A stretch of 64,000 bases of DNA from Polymyxa betae A26-41. Taxonomy: Eukaryota > Protista > Endomyxa: Phytomyxea. A program made the position numbers and the translations under genes. Positions 52,601 to 64,000 of this stretch are shown here, in pieces. Within the stretch, counting starts at the first letter, position 1; the number at the start of each line of letters is the position of its first letter. The stretch is from NCBI GenBank assembly GCA_003693705.1, contig RBZT01000546.1, forward strand, positions 124,001 through 188,000, given 5' to 3'. Below the pieces are notes generated by a model. That model was given only the letters and a program-made list of their open reading frames with translations. It did not search any database and was not told the DNA's origin.

Positions 52601-54185
52601 TTTACATTGCACGCTGGTTATAATACACCCTGATTGGGTGCCTGTTCCATCGAAAACAAAAATATGGCTGAATCAAAGACAGCTAAAGTCATGGTATCAT
52701 AGAACAAACTATCCAAAACCAGTTTGCTCATTTCGGAATTTGCAGGCATCATGTCCGCGTTTGTCACGAGGATGACTATGCCAGATTTTCTCGATTTATC
52801 TCAGGTACAAGTATTGGACTTGTCCTTAGTGGTGGCGGATGCAGAGGGCTTGCTCATTTAGGTACATATTGCGCTTCTCAGCTGAAATTATTTGAAATGT
52901 GAGATGGCTTTAGGGGTCCTAAAGGCTCTGCACGAGGCCAATATAAAAATTGACTGTATTGGAGGAACTTCCCAAGGAGCTTTTATGGGGGCATTGTATG
53001 CTGCTTGCAATATGGATCTGGGTAAAATGGAACCCATCGTACGCCAGTTTTCTTTAAAGTATTATAACCGAACTACTGATAATGCAACCGATGACCGCTC
53101 TGGGCTAGGTTCAACCGATTGCAGTATCTACTTGCAGCGACTTTTCCCATCCTTTCGTTATCAAACGGATATGTTTTTTCCAAGGCGGTTAAGGAAGCTC
53201 TTGGGTCCAAGTTGTTTATCGAGGTAGCGATATATTTAGTCAGAACTTGGGCTGAACGAGTTGTTCTAGGATCTCTGGATTCCGTATTTTGCTATTGCTA
53301 CAAATGTCGGCAGATCAAATTCTTGCTCGCTACATAGAGGTCCCTTGTGGAAGCTAGTTCGGGCATCAATGTCATTGCTGGGGCTTCTGCCTCCAGTGAT
53401 ACATAACGGCGACGTGCTTGTGGACGGTAATGATCATGAGTGCTGATTATCTAGGTAGTTTATTTATGAATAATGCCAGGGGGCTACACCAACAATCTTC
53501 CAGTAGACGTCATGAACACATCCTTTTGCCCACAAACAGTAATTGCAGTTGATGTAGAAGACAGAGATAATGCTGTAAGATCGGCAAATATCTCCACATA
53601 GATGTTCCTTAATTTTCATTGATAGGCATTGATTAATTTGTATGATTATGGGGAAGGCGTCTCTGGGTGGTGGATTCTTCTGCAGAAACTTAATCCTTTC
53701 GACAAAAGAAAAATTCCAGGGTTTTATGGTTAGCTTAATGTGATCCTAAACTGATATATACTTACCGTAGATAGATATTTTAATTTGGCTAAACTGCATT
53801 AATCATAATAGACAGCTTCGTCTCATGGATCATGAAAATATCGACATTTATGTTCGGCCGAATATTCACCGATTCGGATTATTAGAATACTACAAATTTG
53901 ACGATATAGTCCAGGCGGGTTATGAAGCTGCAACATCAAGCATAAAGGTATTCTTTTTTACCTGGAATGATTATCCACAATTAAATGGTGTTTATTTTTC
54001 AGATATGGATTCAGACAAACGCCGAAGCAGAACGCGACTCACTCGCATCGGGAAAGCCAACGAACGTGATTGTAAAAAGCAGATCCATGCAAGTGGATTC
54101 TGTGAAAACATTACTTCCCAAGAAAGACAACAAAATCGGCATGATACGAGTTGGATCTTTCCCTTATATAGACAATGATCAGTAA
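49657..54185 (+). CDS. NTE/PNPLA6-7-type lysophospholipase (cNMP-binding domains plus patatin)
   Basis: cNMP-like LFKAGD...LYVVMEG and GETFGE; WT|.FCIRQSDC; [16 protein letters not shown]|GVLKAL, GGTSQG, VRASMSL.G.LPP, LVD|GGY.NNLP.DVM. Confidence 0.92.
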
Positions 54186-54220
54186 TATATTATTGTAGTT
54201 CATTAATATTATTTAAAGGA

Positions 54221-55280
54221 TCATAAAGTGTAGTGGAAACTCTCTTCAACAATAACGATAGGGACATTAGCAACAGGATTTTCCTCTATCGGATCGTTCA
54301 ACAAAGGAATGATAGTATCTTTCCAAAACAGAGCTCCCCTATAGTCGACGTGGTCTCCTTCATACTGAAACCTAATCAATTTTCCTGCTTCATTTAACGT
54401 CTTCAGGCCAATCCAGTTTCCGGTGTACCCGGCCGATTCTTCCATTGGCTGATGGTCGCCGGGATGACCCCACGACCAGAATCCATGAAGCTCGCTGGCT
54501 TTGGGTCGAATGACGGTGTCGTTGAGGGCTTGTGCAAGTACATACATATCGAGACTCTCCATATTAGATTTATACGTGGCATTCTTCACATCGCGTTCGT
54601 TATTGACTGAGCATCACCCTTTAGATGTTCGTCAAGGAATGCAATCATATCGACATACTATCAGCAAGGAACACTGAACGTTCAAGGTATTCATCCCGAT
54701 TACGAACATCCTTCCACTGAACGCAGTCGGCAAAGGGATGCTGATATCTACCGATTGCTTACATATCCACCGAAAGAGATTGACGGGTGATATGGATTCT
54801 CCTCAAAAAACCTGCACACCATCGGGTATATCGTCTTCGGACACCCATCAATGCCTTCTTGCGGTCCAACAATCGAGACGAGACGCGACACTTTCGGCAT
54901 ATTGTATCTTTCAACGTACGCCCGACTAATGAGAGCGCCTTGCGAGATCCCTACCAGATTGAACCCATCCATCAAGAGCGGATTCGCGCGAACGACAGCA
55001 GCGAGTTCGTCGACCTGGGTGTTCATGTCGGTAAAGATGGATGCGATGCCATCAGCGAAGGGCGCTGCCCAGGCATAGATTCCAGGATATCGAGCCTGAA
55101 TGCTTATACATAGGCCGCCCATATCGGCTGCTGTGTCGCCGATGCCCTGGAAAATCGTTCAGCCTGTCATGCATCAATGAAATCGTGCCCGCAGACATGA
55201 ATGATTACAACAGGTCGATATTGAAACGCGACTGCGACCTGGACCAGGACTGGGACCAGTACGACCACGAGCGGACTCAT
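54221..55280 (-). CDS. PPT1: Palmitoyl-protein thioesterase (PPT1 family), with signal peptide
   Basis: Signal MSPLVVVLVPVLVQVAVA; RPVVIIH|GIGD; GFNLVGISQGALISR; GPQEG; NDTVIRP; IGLKTL...G.L...GDH catalytic triad motifs. Confidence 0.93.
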
Positions 55281-55490
55281 GATGCCCTTCACGAAACTGA
55301 TGAATAACGCGTCGCATGCGAATCCGGGGCCGAAATCTGTGCCCGGACTGTGGCTCGCTTACTGGATCTGCTCCATCCAATACCTCGCATTTGCCAACAT
55401 ATTGTATCTATCTATGATAGGCGATCTGGGACCGGGGGCGTTGTCTTGTGGGTTTGATATGGTCTGTATTTCTAAGTAATATAACAACAA

Positions 55491-55906
55491 TTATAGAGCA
55501 AAGGCGAAGACGGAGAGGAAGATTAGCGAGACGGCCATGGACGGCGGTATCTGCAGATTCGGACAGGATTGTCCAGGACATTGGACCATGATCTGTGCTG
55601 GGTATCGCTTCACGAACTCGTGCTGCGCGTGGGCCGGTACGACGGCCGACGACGCGCCCGCATCCGCCTCCGTATGGAATAGACTGCAGGGGAATGTATT
55701 CCTGTCACTTGGCGACGCCTTCTGACATTGGCAATGCATCCATAGACTGTATACAGCGAATGGTTAATGTATGTGGATGAACGAGATCATACAACTGACC
55801 ATATTAAAAGGAATATGATACAAGAGCAGGCCAGCTCCCTCGACGACCTGGAGACATCCCATTTTCCTTGACGCTGCTGCTGCTGACCGGCATTAACGAG
55901 ATTCAT
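55491..55906 (-). CDS. Small Cys-rich protein with hydrophobic N-region and hydrophobic C-terminus
   Basis: A 53-nt GT-AG intron (55747-55799) joins MNLV...LACSCIIFLLIC to LWMHCQC...MAVSLIFLSVFAFAL* in frame. Confidence 0.5.
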
Positions 55907-56228
55907 GGAGCGGATGGTAACGGTGCGACTCCCACAGCTCTGAGAACCGATGAATCAGCTAACAGTATTGGCGGGCTATTTGGGTTTTCAGCAGGCGACG
56001 ACCGCGGATGGTGAGGAAGGAAGGGAGATCAAGTCCCGGGAACCCAAATGGATGGATTAATCGGTGACGATTAAGACATCAACGAAGATGAAGGTCTATC
56101 AAATATTTGATTAGGGGGGTGATGGGGTCGCACTCCAACCACACCCCAGGACCCCATTATTGGGGTCTCCTATCCTACCCCCAGGATCCGCCCTCCCTTC
56201 CAGACGCAGACGTCGCCTGCAGGCAGAT

Positions 56229-56561
56229 TCAACGACTCACCGATCCTAGACAGATGCTGGCGGTTCGACACGAGACGACACGGGCCCGGGCTCGATAATT
56301 CTCCTGGTGCTGTATGTATGAGTTTTCGGCCGAATTCGGCGATCCAAATTCTCGGCCCCCCAACCGACTGGCGTTGGACGTTTGCCGGATGTTGGGACGA
56401 GATGGCCTCGGCAACGCTTTCGTGTCGACCTGGAGAATGATCTGTCCCTGGGCCCGATCTGTAACCGGCAGCAACTGAGGAATCCCGGATTTAAGGGGGC
56501 GGGTACGGCAGGTCTGGCGTGGAGCGGTCTGCTGTATGTAACTGGTAACGTACTCGCTCAT
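56229..56561 (-). CDS. Hypothetical ORF
   Basis: 110-aa ATG-initiated ORF, GC-richer than its flanks; no homology recognised. Confidence 0.3.
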   Translation of the reverse strand: MSEYVTSYIQQTAPRQTCRTRPLKSGIPQLLPVTDRAQGQIILQVDTKALPRPSRPNIRQTSNASRLGGREFGSPNSAENSYIQHQENYRARARVVSCRTASICLGSVSR

Positions 56562-57131
56562 CGGGTTGCGCGCTTGGGCATGTGACTGCGTCTCCAGTCA
56601 TAACGACTTAAATTAGTGCATCATGTCACTGGACTGCAGCCAGCTTCCACGTCCGATCTCATTCGTCATGGTCGTACTGCACTGGCTGCTCATGTAGATC
56701 TGGACGGCAGGCAGCTGCTGCTTCTGTTGGCTCTTTTACTGAACCACGGGACGTTCGTTTTGGTCGTTAGACAGCTCCATACATAGCGCATCTCTCATTG
56801 CTTTCGCATATAGCTGCAGAATAGGCCTGTTTTGTGGAATCTGGTAATGGGACGTCTACTTTTCTCTGCTTGTAAAATCGGTTTATTGAGTCTGTTTTTG
56901 ATCATTTTTCATTAAACTGAGTAGCAAGCTCGGTAAAAAACATTCGAAAAAGCTACTAAAGTATCAATTAATGCCTGCATTGGCTATCTATCATTCTTAG
57001 TAGTTATCATGTTTTTTTACTTAGTTCAGGGGCTGTTTGTGTAGTTCTAGCTTGCTGTATTTCTGAGAAATCCATGGATTGTGAAAGGATGAATCTGTAA
57101 GTCGATGATGAAGTCGCGGGAATGAGTAGTC

Positions 57132-57864
57132 TTAGAAATTTATTAAAGGAGATGTCACAATAATGTGGTGAAATGAGGTCTCCCCAATCCCATGTATCAT
57201 AGTCCGACGATCAAGAAAGAGGTAGTTCCGGTGCCATGAAAGGGACGACTGAATCACTGTTGGGGTCTTCGATTGATCCTGAAATTGATCCAACAGTCGA
57301 TATGTATCCACGTCGATTTCATTGGCCTGTTGAACACGGCGGGACATGTATTCCTGGACAGAAACTTTAAGAAAGATAAGACATTTGCTTGCATGCAATC
57401 GGGATTGAACTCTTTGTTCATCTCTATACTGGTTGTGTCTCTCTTTGTATATGCATATGAAGACATATTGTGTTCCCTCATAATAGTTGAGTAGTTGAAG
57501 AGTGCAGGAGCCCCGATAGAACAGCCGCGGTACCGGGGCGGAGCCGTGCTTGCATTCGGAAACCCTGACTACGATTGATTTCTGGAAATGCAGCCCGACC
57601 CAGCTCTTCTGTCTGATAAAATGACTCCATCCACACCAAGAACAACGATGAGGGCTTTACAGCAGATTTCGGCCAGGTATGCCTCCTGCGTATAACTCGC
57701 TGATCTCTGACAGCAGCCAGGTCGCCATCGCTGGCCGTGTCGCAGTCGCCATTGATTCCGGTGACGCCAGCAGGTTGTAGCCCGACCAGATCCAATTTAC
57801 GACCACCCAAAGCCATACTCCGGCCGCGAATTGCTTTGTCATCTTTCGAAATGGAAATCAACAA
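57132..57864 (-). CDS. Possible hypothetical gene fragments
   Basis: Overlapping minus-strand ORFs with candidate GT-AG junctions; exon chain not resolved. Confidence 0.25.
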
Positions 57865-58027
57865 AGGGGACTACTGTCGGAAATTGGATGAGAATCCGGA
57901 GGCAACCGCGATGTGACTATGCTGGATGTAATCGACCCAGTTCTGGGTTCTTTAATTTATTCGAACTACAAATCCCAGAAAATTCTGAACAGATGCGAAG
58001 CTGAGAATATCGCAGCGATCTGCAATG

Positions 58028-61000
58028 TTAGAAATTCTCTTTATGCAGTTTGAACTTTGTATTGTACGTTGTATACTGTGCACAGATCTGTATACGGAAT
58101 CAGATTCGCAGTACATTATTGTGACATTTGCTGACCTTTTTCAAATCCTTTCCTATACGTGGATTACCACAAAATGCTACACCGATGTTGCTGCTGGCAT
58201 GTCTGTTGGCGATCTGCTCGAATCGTTCATCCCATAACGGACGACCGTTGTAAATTCTAACACTTCCTATAGTTCCTGTTATAACGTTTTCGCATTCATC
58301 AAGAACATCACTGAACCTAATCGTGTTCCTGCCGGCGGACAGTTCTTCAATGCATCGAATATTTCTTCTTCCGACCTATAATGGTCTTAACAAAATTGTC
58401 AAGGGTAGAATGGTTATGTGTCCGACCATGGGGCAGAAATCTTCTCAACCGATTCGGGAATATCTTCCTGATGTGTTCCCCAATAGGCAATATCAGTGAT
58501 ATGGGCTGGTTTCGAGCATTGAGTCCTATGCGAAGGTGATGACGTCACATAGACGTGGATTTCGAACGTTTTCCTCTTCATGGTCTCGTCCTTGGCGCAT
58601 GCGTTATAAACAGCGTCATCAGCATCTTTCAACACCCGAACGAACCAGCGGAACGAATCCAGCTCCGAGTGCGAGACGACCCAGAAGAAGTATCTAAATG
58701 CACGCGGTCGGACGAGGAACATTGCTTTCCAGAAAATTGAACTTACGCATGCTCCGGGAATGTTGTTCCCATCGAGAATTTCCATCGATGATGGACAATT
58801 GATCGGACCGTAGCTGATACAGGGGTGACACCGATGCCGGCCCCGATTATCATATCCACCTAATATCGTCATTGGTTATCAATCTATTGATAGAATGCAG
58901 AACCGGAAACATGCAGCCTCAGAGAAAACGAAACCTTCGACTAAAAGCGATGTTGCTACTATTACCTGATATTCAGAGATATGTTGTGTTGGTGCTGAAT
59001 GAGGCCCATACACACGTAGAAGTTGTTTACCATCGGGGCCTATCACCTTCCCTTTCGATTTCCCAACTGCAAAACTGACATACGATTCACCGGGCGGCAT
59101 CATCAGCTGCAGATATTCGGCCAGCTATGCGACATCGGTTCAGATGTGCTCGATCGGTCACGAAGGCGTACTGCACCTTTCCGGTCCAAGATGTGGCCCC
59201 CATGATTCGGATATGGAGCGAGACCTGCGATTGTTGTGGAGCCGACGAGATCGTGAACGGATGCCATTGGCCCGAGCTAATATGGGGACAGTTCAGGAAC
59301 AGGTACTGGCCCTCCTTGTATCCTTGCGGGAAAGCCAGATCGCGGTCGAACTGAATGCAGATTACCTGCGATTGTTACCTCAGTAAGCACCGAGCGACAT
59401 CCTGGTGTTAGAACAGAGGCTGTACCTTTCCCATGTTATTAATTGATGTCAGGCAAACGTCCCTGTAGGCCGATTTATATCGGTACAGACGTTCTGCAAG
59501 ATAGATAGCCATCGGTACTACAAGCCATTTCCAGACATTCGGGTTGATGCCTGAATATGATTCAGTGGGCGGGCATCAAAGCGGTTTGCGAACGTTACCG
59601 GATCTGCCATGCGTTAGAAGAAATCCGAAGAAAAGAACGAAGAGCTGATGTGTGTTCCAGAATAGCTCGAAATGGAAATGTTTGACGCTAAAATGGGTCG
59701 AGCCGTACATAAACAGCATTATTACAAAAAGGACGACGCCCGAAATCCAAGGCCACCATCCGAACACCTCAATTGTGTTGCTTGTCGCCAGACCGTAGTT
59801 AATGAAATGGCAGAATGAGTGACCCAATGTGAAAATCCAGATCAGCATGGCGACTCGTTTATGAAAGATCAGAGCCTAAAGAGACTTTTAATACACAGGG
59901 AACGAGATAGTAACAAGAAGATGCACAGTAAACATATCGGTAAATGATGTGTGCAGTTTGAATTTTTTAGCAAAGACCCATAGCAATTTCTCCAGATGTT
60001 TAAGGCTATCAAACAGGAAATATAGTTTTGAAAAATTGTTTTAAGCGAACTTTATCGAGAGGGCAAATCTTGAGCACAGCTCGTAAGAGCTGTTGCCCGT
60101 AGGTCTGTGATTGTGTTGACAGATCATACAGATATCGTATGAAGGTTCGGCAGACTGGAAGCAGGATGATGCCGCAATTCAGGTCGAGTAGATTCCCGAA
60201 CTACCGACACCATCTCAACATCGGACATAAGCTGAAATTTTCGATTTCTTACCATTTTCGCAAACGGAGCGTATTCAGATAACGCCAACCGGGTGCTTTT
60301 TAGACTCTGCACTATCGCCATCCAAGTAATCAGAGCGTTGATACCAACATAGAAGTTCAGGGCGGTGTACAGGGTCGCAAAGATAATCACACCACGTTTG
60401 TTCTCCTTGTGTGCTTTCTGCCAGAGACCTGAAGACAACGTCAGTCTGCACGGTTAGGCAGTGCGAAGCCGGTTGACCTATTATTTTGTGTTGAAGAGAT
60501 ACTTTAGGGACAGGCGGGCCCTTCTTAACCGCATCCAACATCCCTTCCCGAATGTATTGCTCCTCCTTATATGCTGATACTAGATTGACAATAGCTACGA
60601 AGAAATACAGCAAGGCCACCATGTAGGTCTGTTTGGTGAACATCAAAGGCATGGCCACAAGAGCATATGAAGCAGCCCGGAATGGAATCACTATAGAGAT
60701 ATCATCTCTTATTGAGCATGACGGCAGCATCGGCTGACCTGAGCTGGTTCGTAAGAACCATCGCGTCTCGAACACCATTGTTACGATGCTTATAAGAATA
60801 CCATACAAATTCAAATATAGCTCGTTGTGATGCAGGTCGAAGTCTTCCGGGGCGACGATGCAAAGCACCAATGACGCCAACGATGACCAAAACAGACCAA
60901 TACTGCAACCGATCCCCATATTGGTAGCCCACATCCCATACCGGGTCTGCGATGATTTGAATCCTTCGAAGCCTGATCGATTCTCAGACTTAGATTCAGT

Positions 61001-61415
61001 GTGGCGAGATCTGGCGACTGACCAGTTTTGGGTTTGACACCGTTAGTCGGATGTGATTTGAGAGTCTTCGCAGATCTGACCGGTGGTTCGTCCTTGAGCG
61101 GCTCCAGTTTGATTTTAACATTGGACGGTGATATCAGGCTGGCGTTATCCTGAACTTCTTCAACATAGTTGCCAGGGAAATACCCAACTTCACCAGTTGT
61201 CATTGAACGGCCCTCCCACCTGTTGCATTCATTGATTAAGATATGGATACGAAATACGCAGAGTCGAACCATCCAGTTGCATCCTTTTGGAATATTTCGA
61301 TGACCTCGCCCTCTTTTAGAGGAAGTTCGCTTTTGGCTTTAGGTTCATAGGCATATAGAACTCTGCCGACGATCTGGATCGTCTTGGAGCCACCTGAACC
61401 TTTCAATGCTTTCAT
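58028..61415 (-). CDS. NADPH oxidase fusion: SH3 + p22phox-like domain + gp91phox/NOX catalytic core
   Basis: SH3 VLYAY...ELPLKEGEVIEI...GW|WEG...GYFPGNYV. p22-like YGMWATNMG...YGILISIVTMVFE...RAASY...P...SAYKEEQY. NOX LNCGIILLPVCR, FHK, GHSFCHFIN, FWNTHQL...LTHG, GQYLFLNCP, WHPFTISSAP, GPHSAP, GAGIGVTP, YFFWV, GRP.W, FCG, HKENF*. Confidence 0.93.
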
Positions 61416-61812
61416 CAGACAGGTATCACCGTCAATTGCAACTAAATAGAGGTCGATCTCGTTATTAGTACACCGGATCTAGTACAACAAAGGATAAAGC
61501 AGAACAAAACATTATTATGATGCGTCGGCGACGCTTATATTTGATCTGTAATAAAGAAACTGTTTGTGATTACAGTCGATACGAAAAATACTGGAAAGAA
61601 TCAGCTTTGCAATCATGGCAATACTCACGATCAGGCCATTAATTCGACCAGATGCCGATCGTATTTCGCTAATAAAACTGACATTTCTCGAAGCCTTTAG
61701 ATAGGATGAATGGCATCCAACAACTCTCTAAGAGCCAAGTGATATTGAGAGGGACCTATGCCCCACTTGCCCTTATACTGAATATCCATCAACAGTCGAC
61801 ATGACGACTCTA

Positions 61813-61821
61813 TTAGGGTTT
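61813..61821 (-). promoter_or_regulatory. Telo-box TTAGGGTTT in the NOX/TBC divergent promoter
   Basis: Exact reverse complement of AAACCCTAA. Confidence 0.5.
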
Positions 61822-62010
61822 GAATAGAGTCCTAATGATAATGACTTTATGACAGAAGGCAGAAGCGTAATCAAAGTCGAGCGAATCAGAGGTGGGAAGG
61901 AAACCCACGGCCTCAGGCTTCTCGGTAAAGGTGACCACCACATCGTTTGGTCATGACACCGGCTCTATGATGTTACAAGTCTCTTTATCATTCTTCTTAT
62001 TGTCGTCGTT

Positions 62011-63658
62011 ATGAATCCAGCCAGAGCTACACACAAGAAGCCGAGACCGGGGACCATTCGTTCAGTACAGCGAGAGCGCCCGCTGCTTCCCTTTGCCAAA
62101 GTATTCCTCTATCTGCTTGTCCGGATCCAGTCTGATGTGCCTGTAGTCTGCTGATGCGACCAGGTCGCCAAATCAGGAGTCAGTCAAGTATGCAGGGATT
62201 GGCAGTGGCAACGAGCTGTCCTCCCAGCACTTCGATTCGAATTGTATCTGGGAGGAAAAAATTGACACCATTAGGGCCGATGAATGCGGACAGATTGAAT
62301 CGGCTCCTGAAGCTCAGGACCAAAGAAAGATTTCGCGCTTGCAGCGGCTTCTGGATGATCTGGATGTTGATATAGGAACAGTTAGAGAATTATGCTGGAC
62401 TGGAATACCTTCAGAACTTCGAGCAACTTTATGGCTCATGCTGATGGTAGAACTCGTTGAATTCGCTGCTAGAGCGATTTTGTTCGTTCTGACATTTTGA
62501 TATGTTCAATTTTTTAGCAGGTTGCTTCTTTGTGAGATAGCTTTCGAACCGATAGCGTCATTTTAGGGTATTGTTCCAACTAATCGATCAAGACGGCAGA
62601 TGGCCTTGAACAGAAGAGTTCAGGAGTATCAAAGCTTTGCAAGACAACATTTTTCAGATACAGGCCTGTTCACTTCCGAACAGATGAAATCAGTGACCCA
62701 AATCGATCTTGATTTACCTAGGACTTCTCCTGGATTAAGGTTGTTTCGGTTGCCCTCCGTCCACGCTGTAGGTAAACGCATATCGTAACCTCAACTCGAT
62801 TTTTATTATTAGCTAGTCGTTGAGAAGAGTTCTATGTATATATTCTTTTCGTCATCCAGCTACCGGATATGTTCAAGGCATGAACGACCTTGTTACGCCA
62901 TTCTTCTATGTTTTTATCGGAGATATAATTGGTCCAGAGAAAGTAACTGATCCTAGAATTTGCTTTGCTCTTACATTTTAATCGGCGGATTTAGGACCCA
63001 TTACTGATTGAGGCTTCTGATTTAAGTTCTGATCAGTGGGTTCAAGTAGAGGCATTTAGTTTTTGGTGCTTAAGTCGATTAATGGAAGGAACGCAAGACC
63101 ATTATACACGAGATCAGCCTGCAATTCAGTGGAAACTACAGGCTTTGAAGTCGTTAATGTCCCAAATCGACAGTAAGTTTCTTTTTTTTGCGTTGGCTTG
63201 ATTCATTATTCCTCCACAGTTGAACTTGACAACCATTTAGCTTCGCAAGAAATCTTGTACAGTTTCTTCGCTTATCGGTGGATGAATTGCGTCAGTGACA
63301 TTGTTCGGGCTTGCTAAAGTTAATTTACGCCTGCACAGTTTCTGATGAGAGAATTATCTCTGCGTCTTATTGTTCGACTGTGGGACACATACTTCTCTGA
63401 AGATAACGATCAAGGGTTTAGTGTTTTCCACGTCTATGCCTGCGCTGCCTTTCTATCGCGCTTCTCCGGTACTTTGAAGGTGTTGGGGTCCACAGTCATA
63501 GCGGCCATGTTTCTAATATTTTTTGCTAGACGATGGATATGGAAAGCATTCTTAGCTATTTACAAAGCGATCTGACATCCAAATGGACAGAAAGAGACCT
63601 AACTGCAATGCTGTCGCACGCCTTTGTGCTTAGATCAACGTATAAGTTGCAGGTTTAG
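62011..63658 (+). CDS. TBC-domain Rab GTPase-activating protein (TBC1D22/Gyp1-like)
   Basis: LCWTGIP.ELR...W, QIDLDLPRT (R finger), HPATGYVQGMNDL.TPF (Q finger), FAYRWMNC|FLMRE, RLWDTY, FHVY.CAAFL. Confidence 0.93.
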
Positions 63659-64000
63659 CCTGTTTTTCATCTTGTCAATCATATTGACTAAAGAGTCGAT
63701 AAAACTAAAACTGGCGAGCAGCGATATCATCATTATGCCGGTGTTGTACACATAGAATAATGCAGTTGTTGGAAAAGATTGCGTATTCTGTATGTTAGGA
63801 TGAAGACGGACGTCAGGAGGACAGGCCAGTACCGTAGATCTGGGCGTTCTCGAGGTAGCATCCTGGTGATGTCGGTACTTGGGTCCACCATACCGAAAGA
63901 TATGTGCAGTGGTGAGTACCTGTCTGTCTGCCATGCATCTTCCCGCTTATTAAAACCAGTCGGTGTTGTGAAGATACAGAGCGGAAGCGTCAGAGGCACA
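63635..64000 (-). CDS. Probable 3' end of a gene extending beyond the window
   Basis: Minus-strand ORFs at the window edge with hydrophobic segments; frame and identity unresolved. Confidence 0.3.

Noticed and set aside
62561-62570. TTTTAGGG telomere-like motif
   Set aside because: Coincides with an intron acceptor (tttag|G) in the TBC gene.
1-64000. Prokaryotic-type systems (CRISPR, operons, prophage), autonomous transposons, rRNA/tRNA, alternative genetic code
   Set aside because: None seen. In-frame stops in conserved genes are explained by short spliceosomal introns under the standard code.

Overview
Gene-dense eukaryotic DNA with many short (about 45-60 nt) GT-AG introns and very short intergenic spacers. 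The six-frame ORF track therefore shows mostly exon fragments. Compactness, intron size, an axonemal dynein assembly factor and telomere-like promoter motifs suggest a flagellated protist, plausibly a plasmodiophorid; this is inference, not determined. About 30 genes were reconstructed by manual splicing: a P2C-like ATPase (partial), a triple telobox-Myb+TPR protein, GcvT, a family-A DNA polymerase, Mpo1-like, QCR7, proteasome alpha3, METTL18, snurportin-1, NMNAT, eL33, a two-MRH ER lectin ending in KDEL, a coiled-coil protein, a GNAT, CBS, an intronless CDPK-like kinase, an anoctamin, a PPR-like protein, DNAAF5, BMS1, a STE20 kinase, an F-box/kelch protein, an NTE-type patatin, PPT1, a NOX, a TBC Rab-GAP and several hypotheticals. 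The standout is 58028-61415 (-). It splices in frame into one polypeptide: SH3 domain, p22phox-like membrane domain with a PxxP tail, then a complete gp91phox/NOX core, i.e. an apparently self-contained single-chain NADPH oxidase. A second theme is telo-box (AAACCCTA/TAGGGTTT) motifs in promoters together with a TRF/Teb1-like triple-Myb protein. Exon boundaries are manual and some gene termini are approximate.
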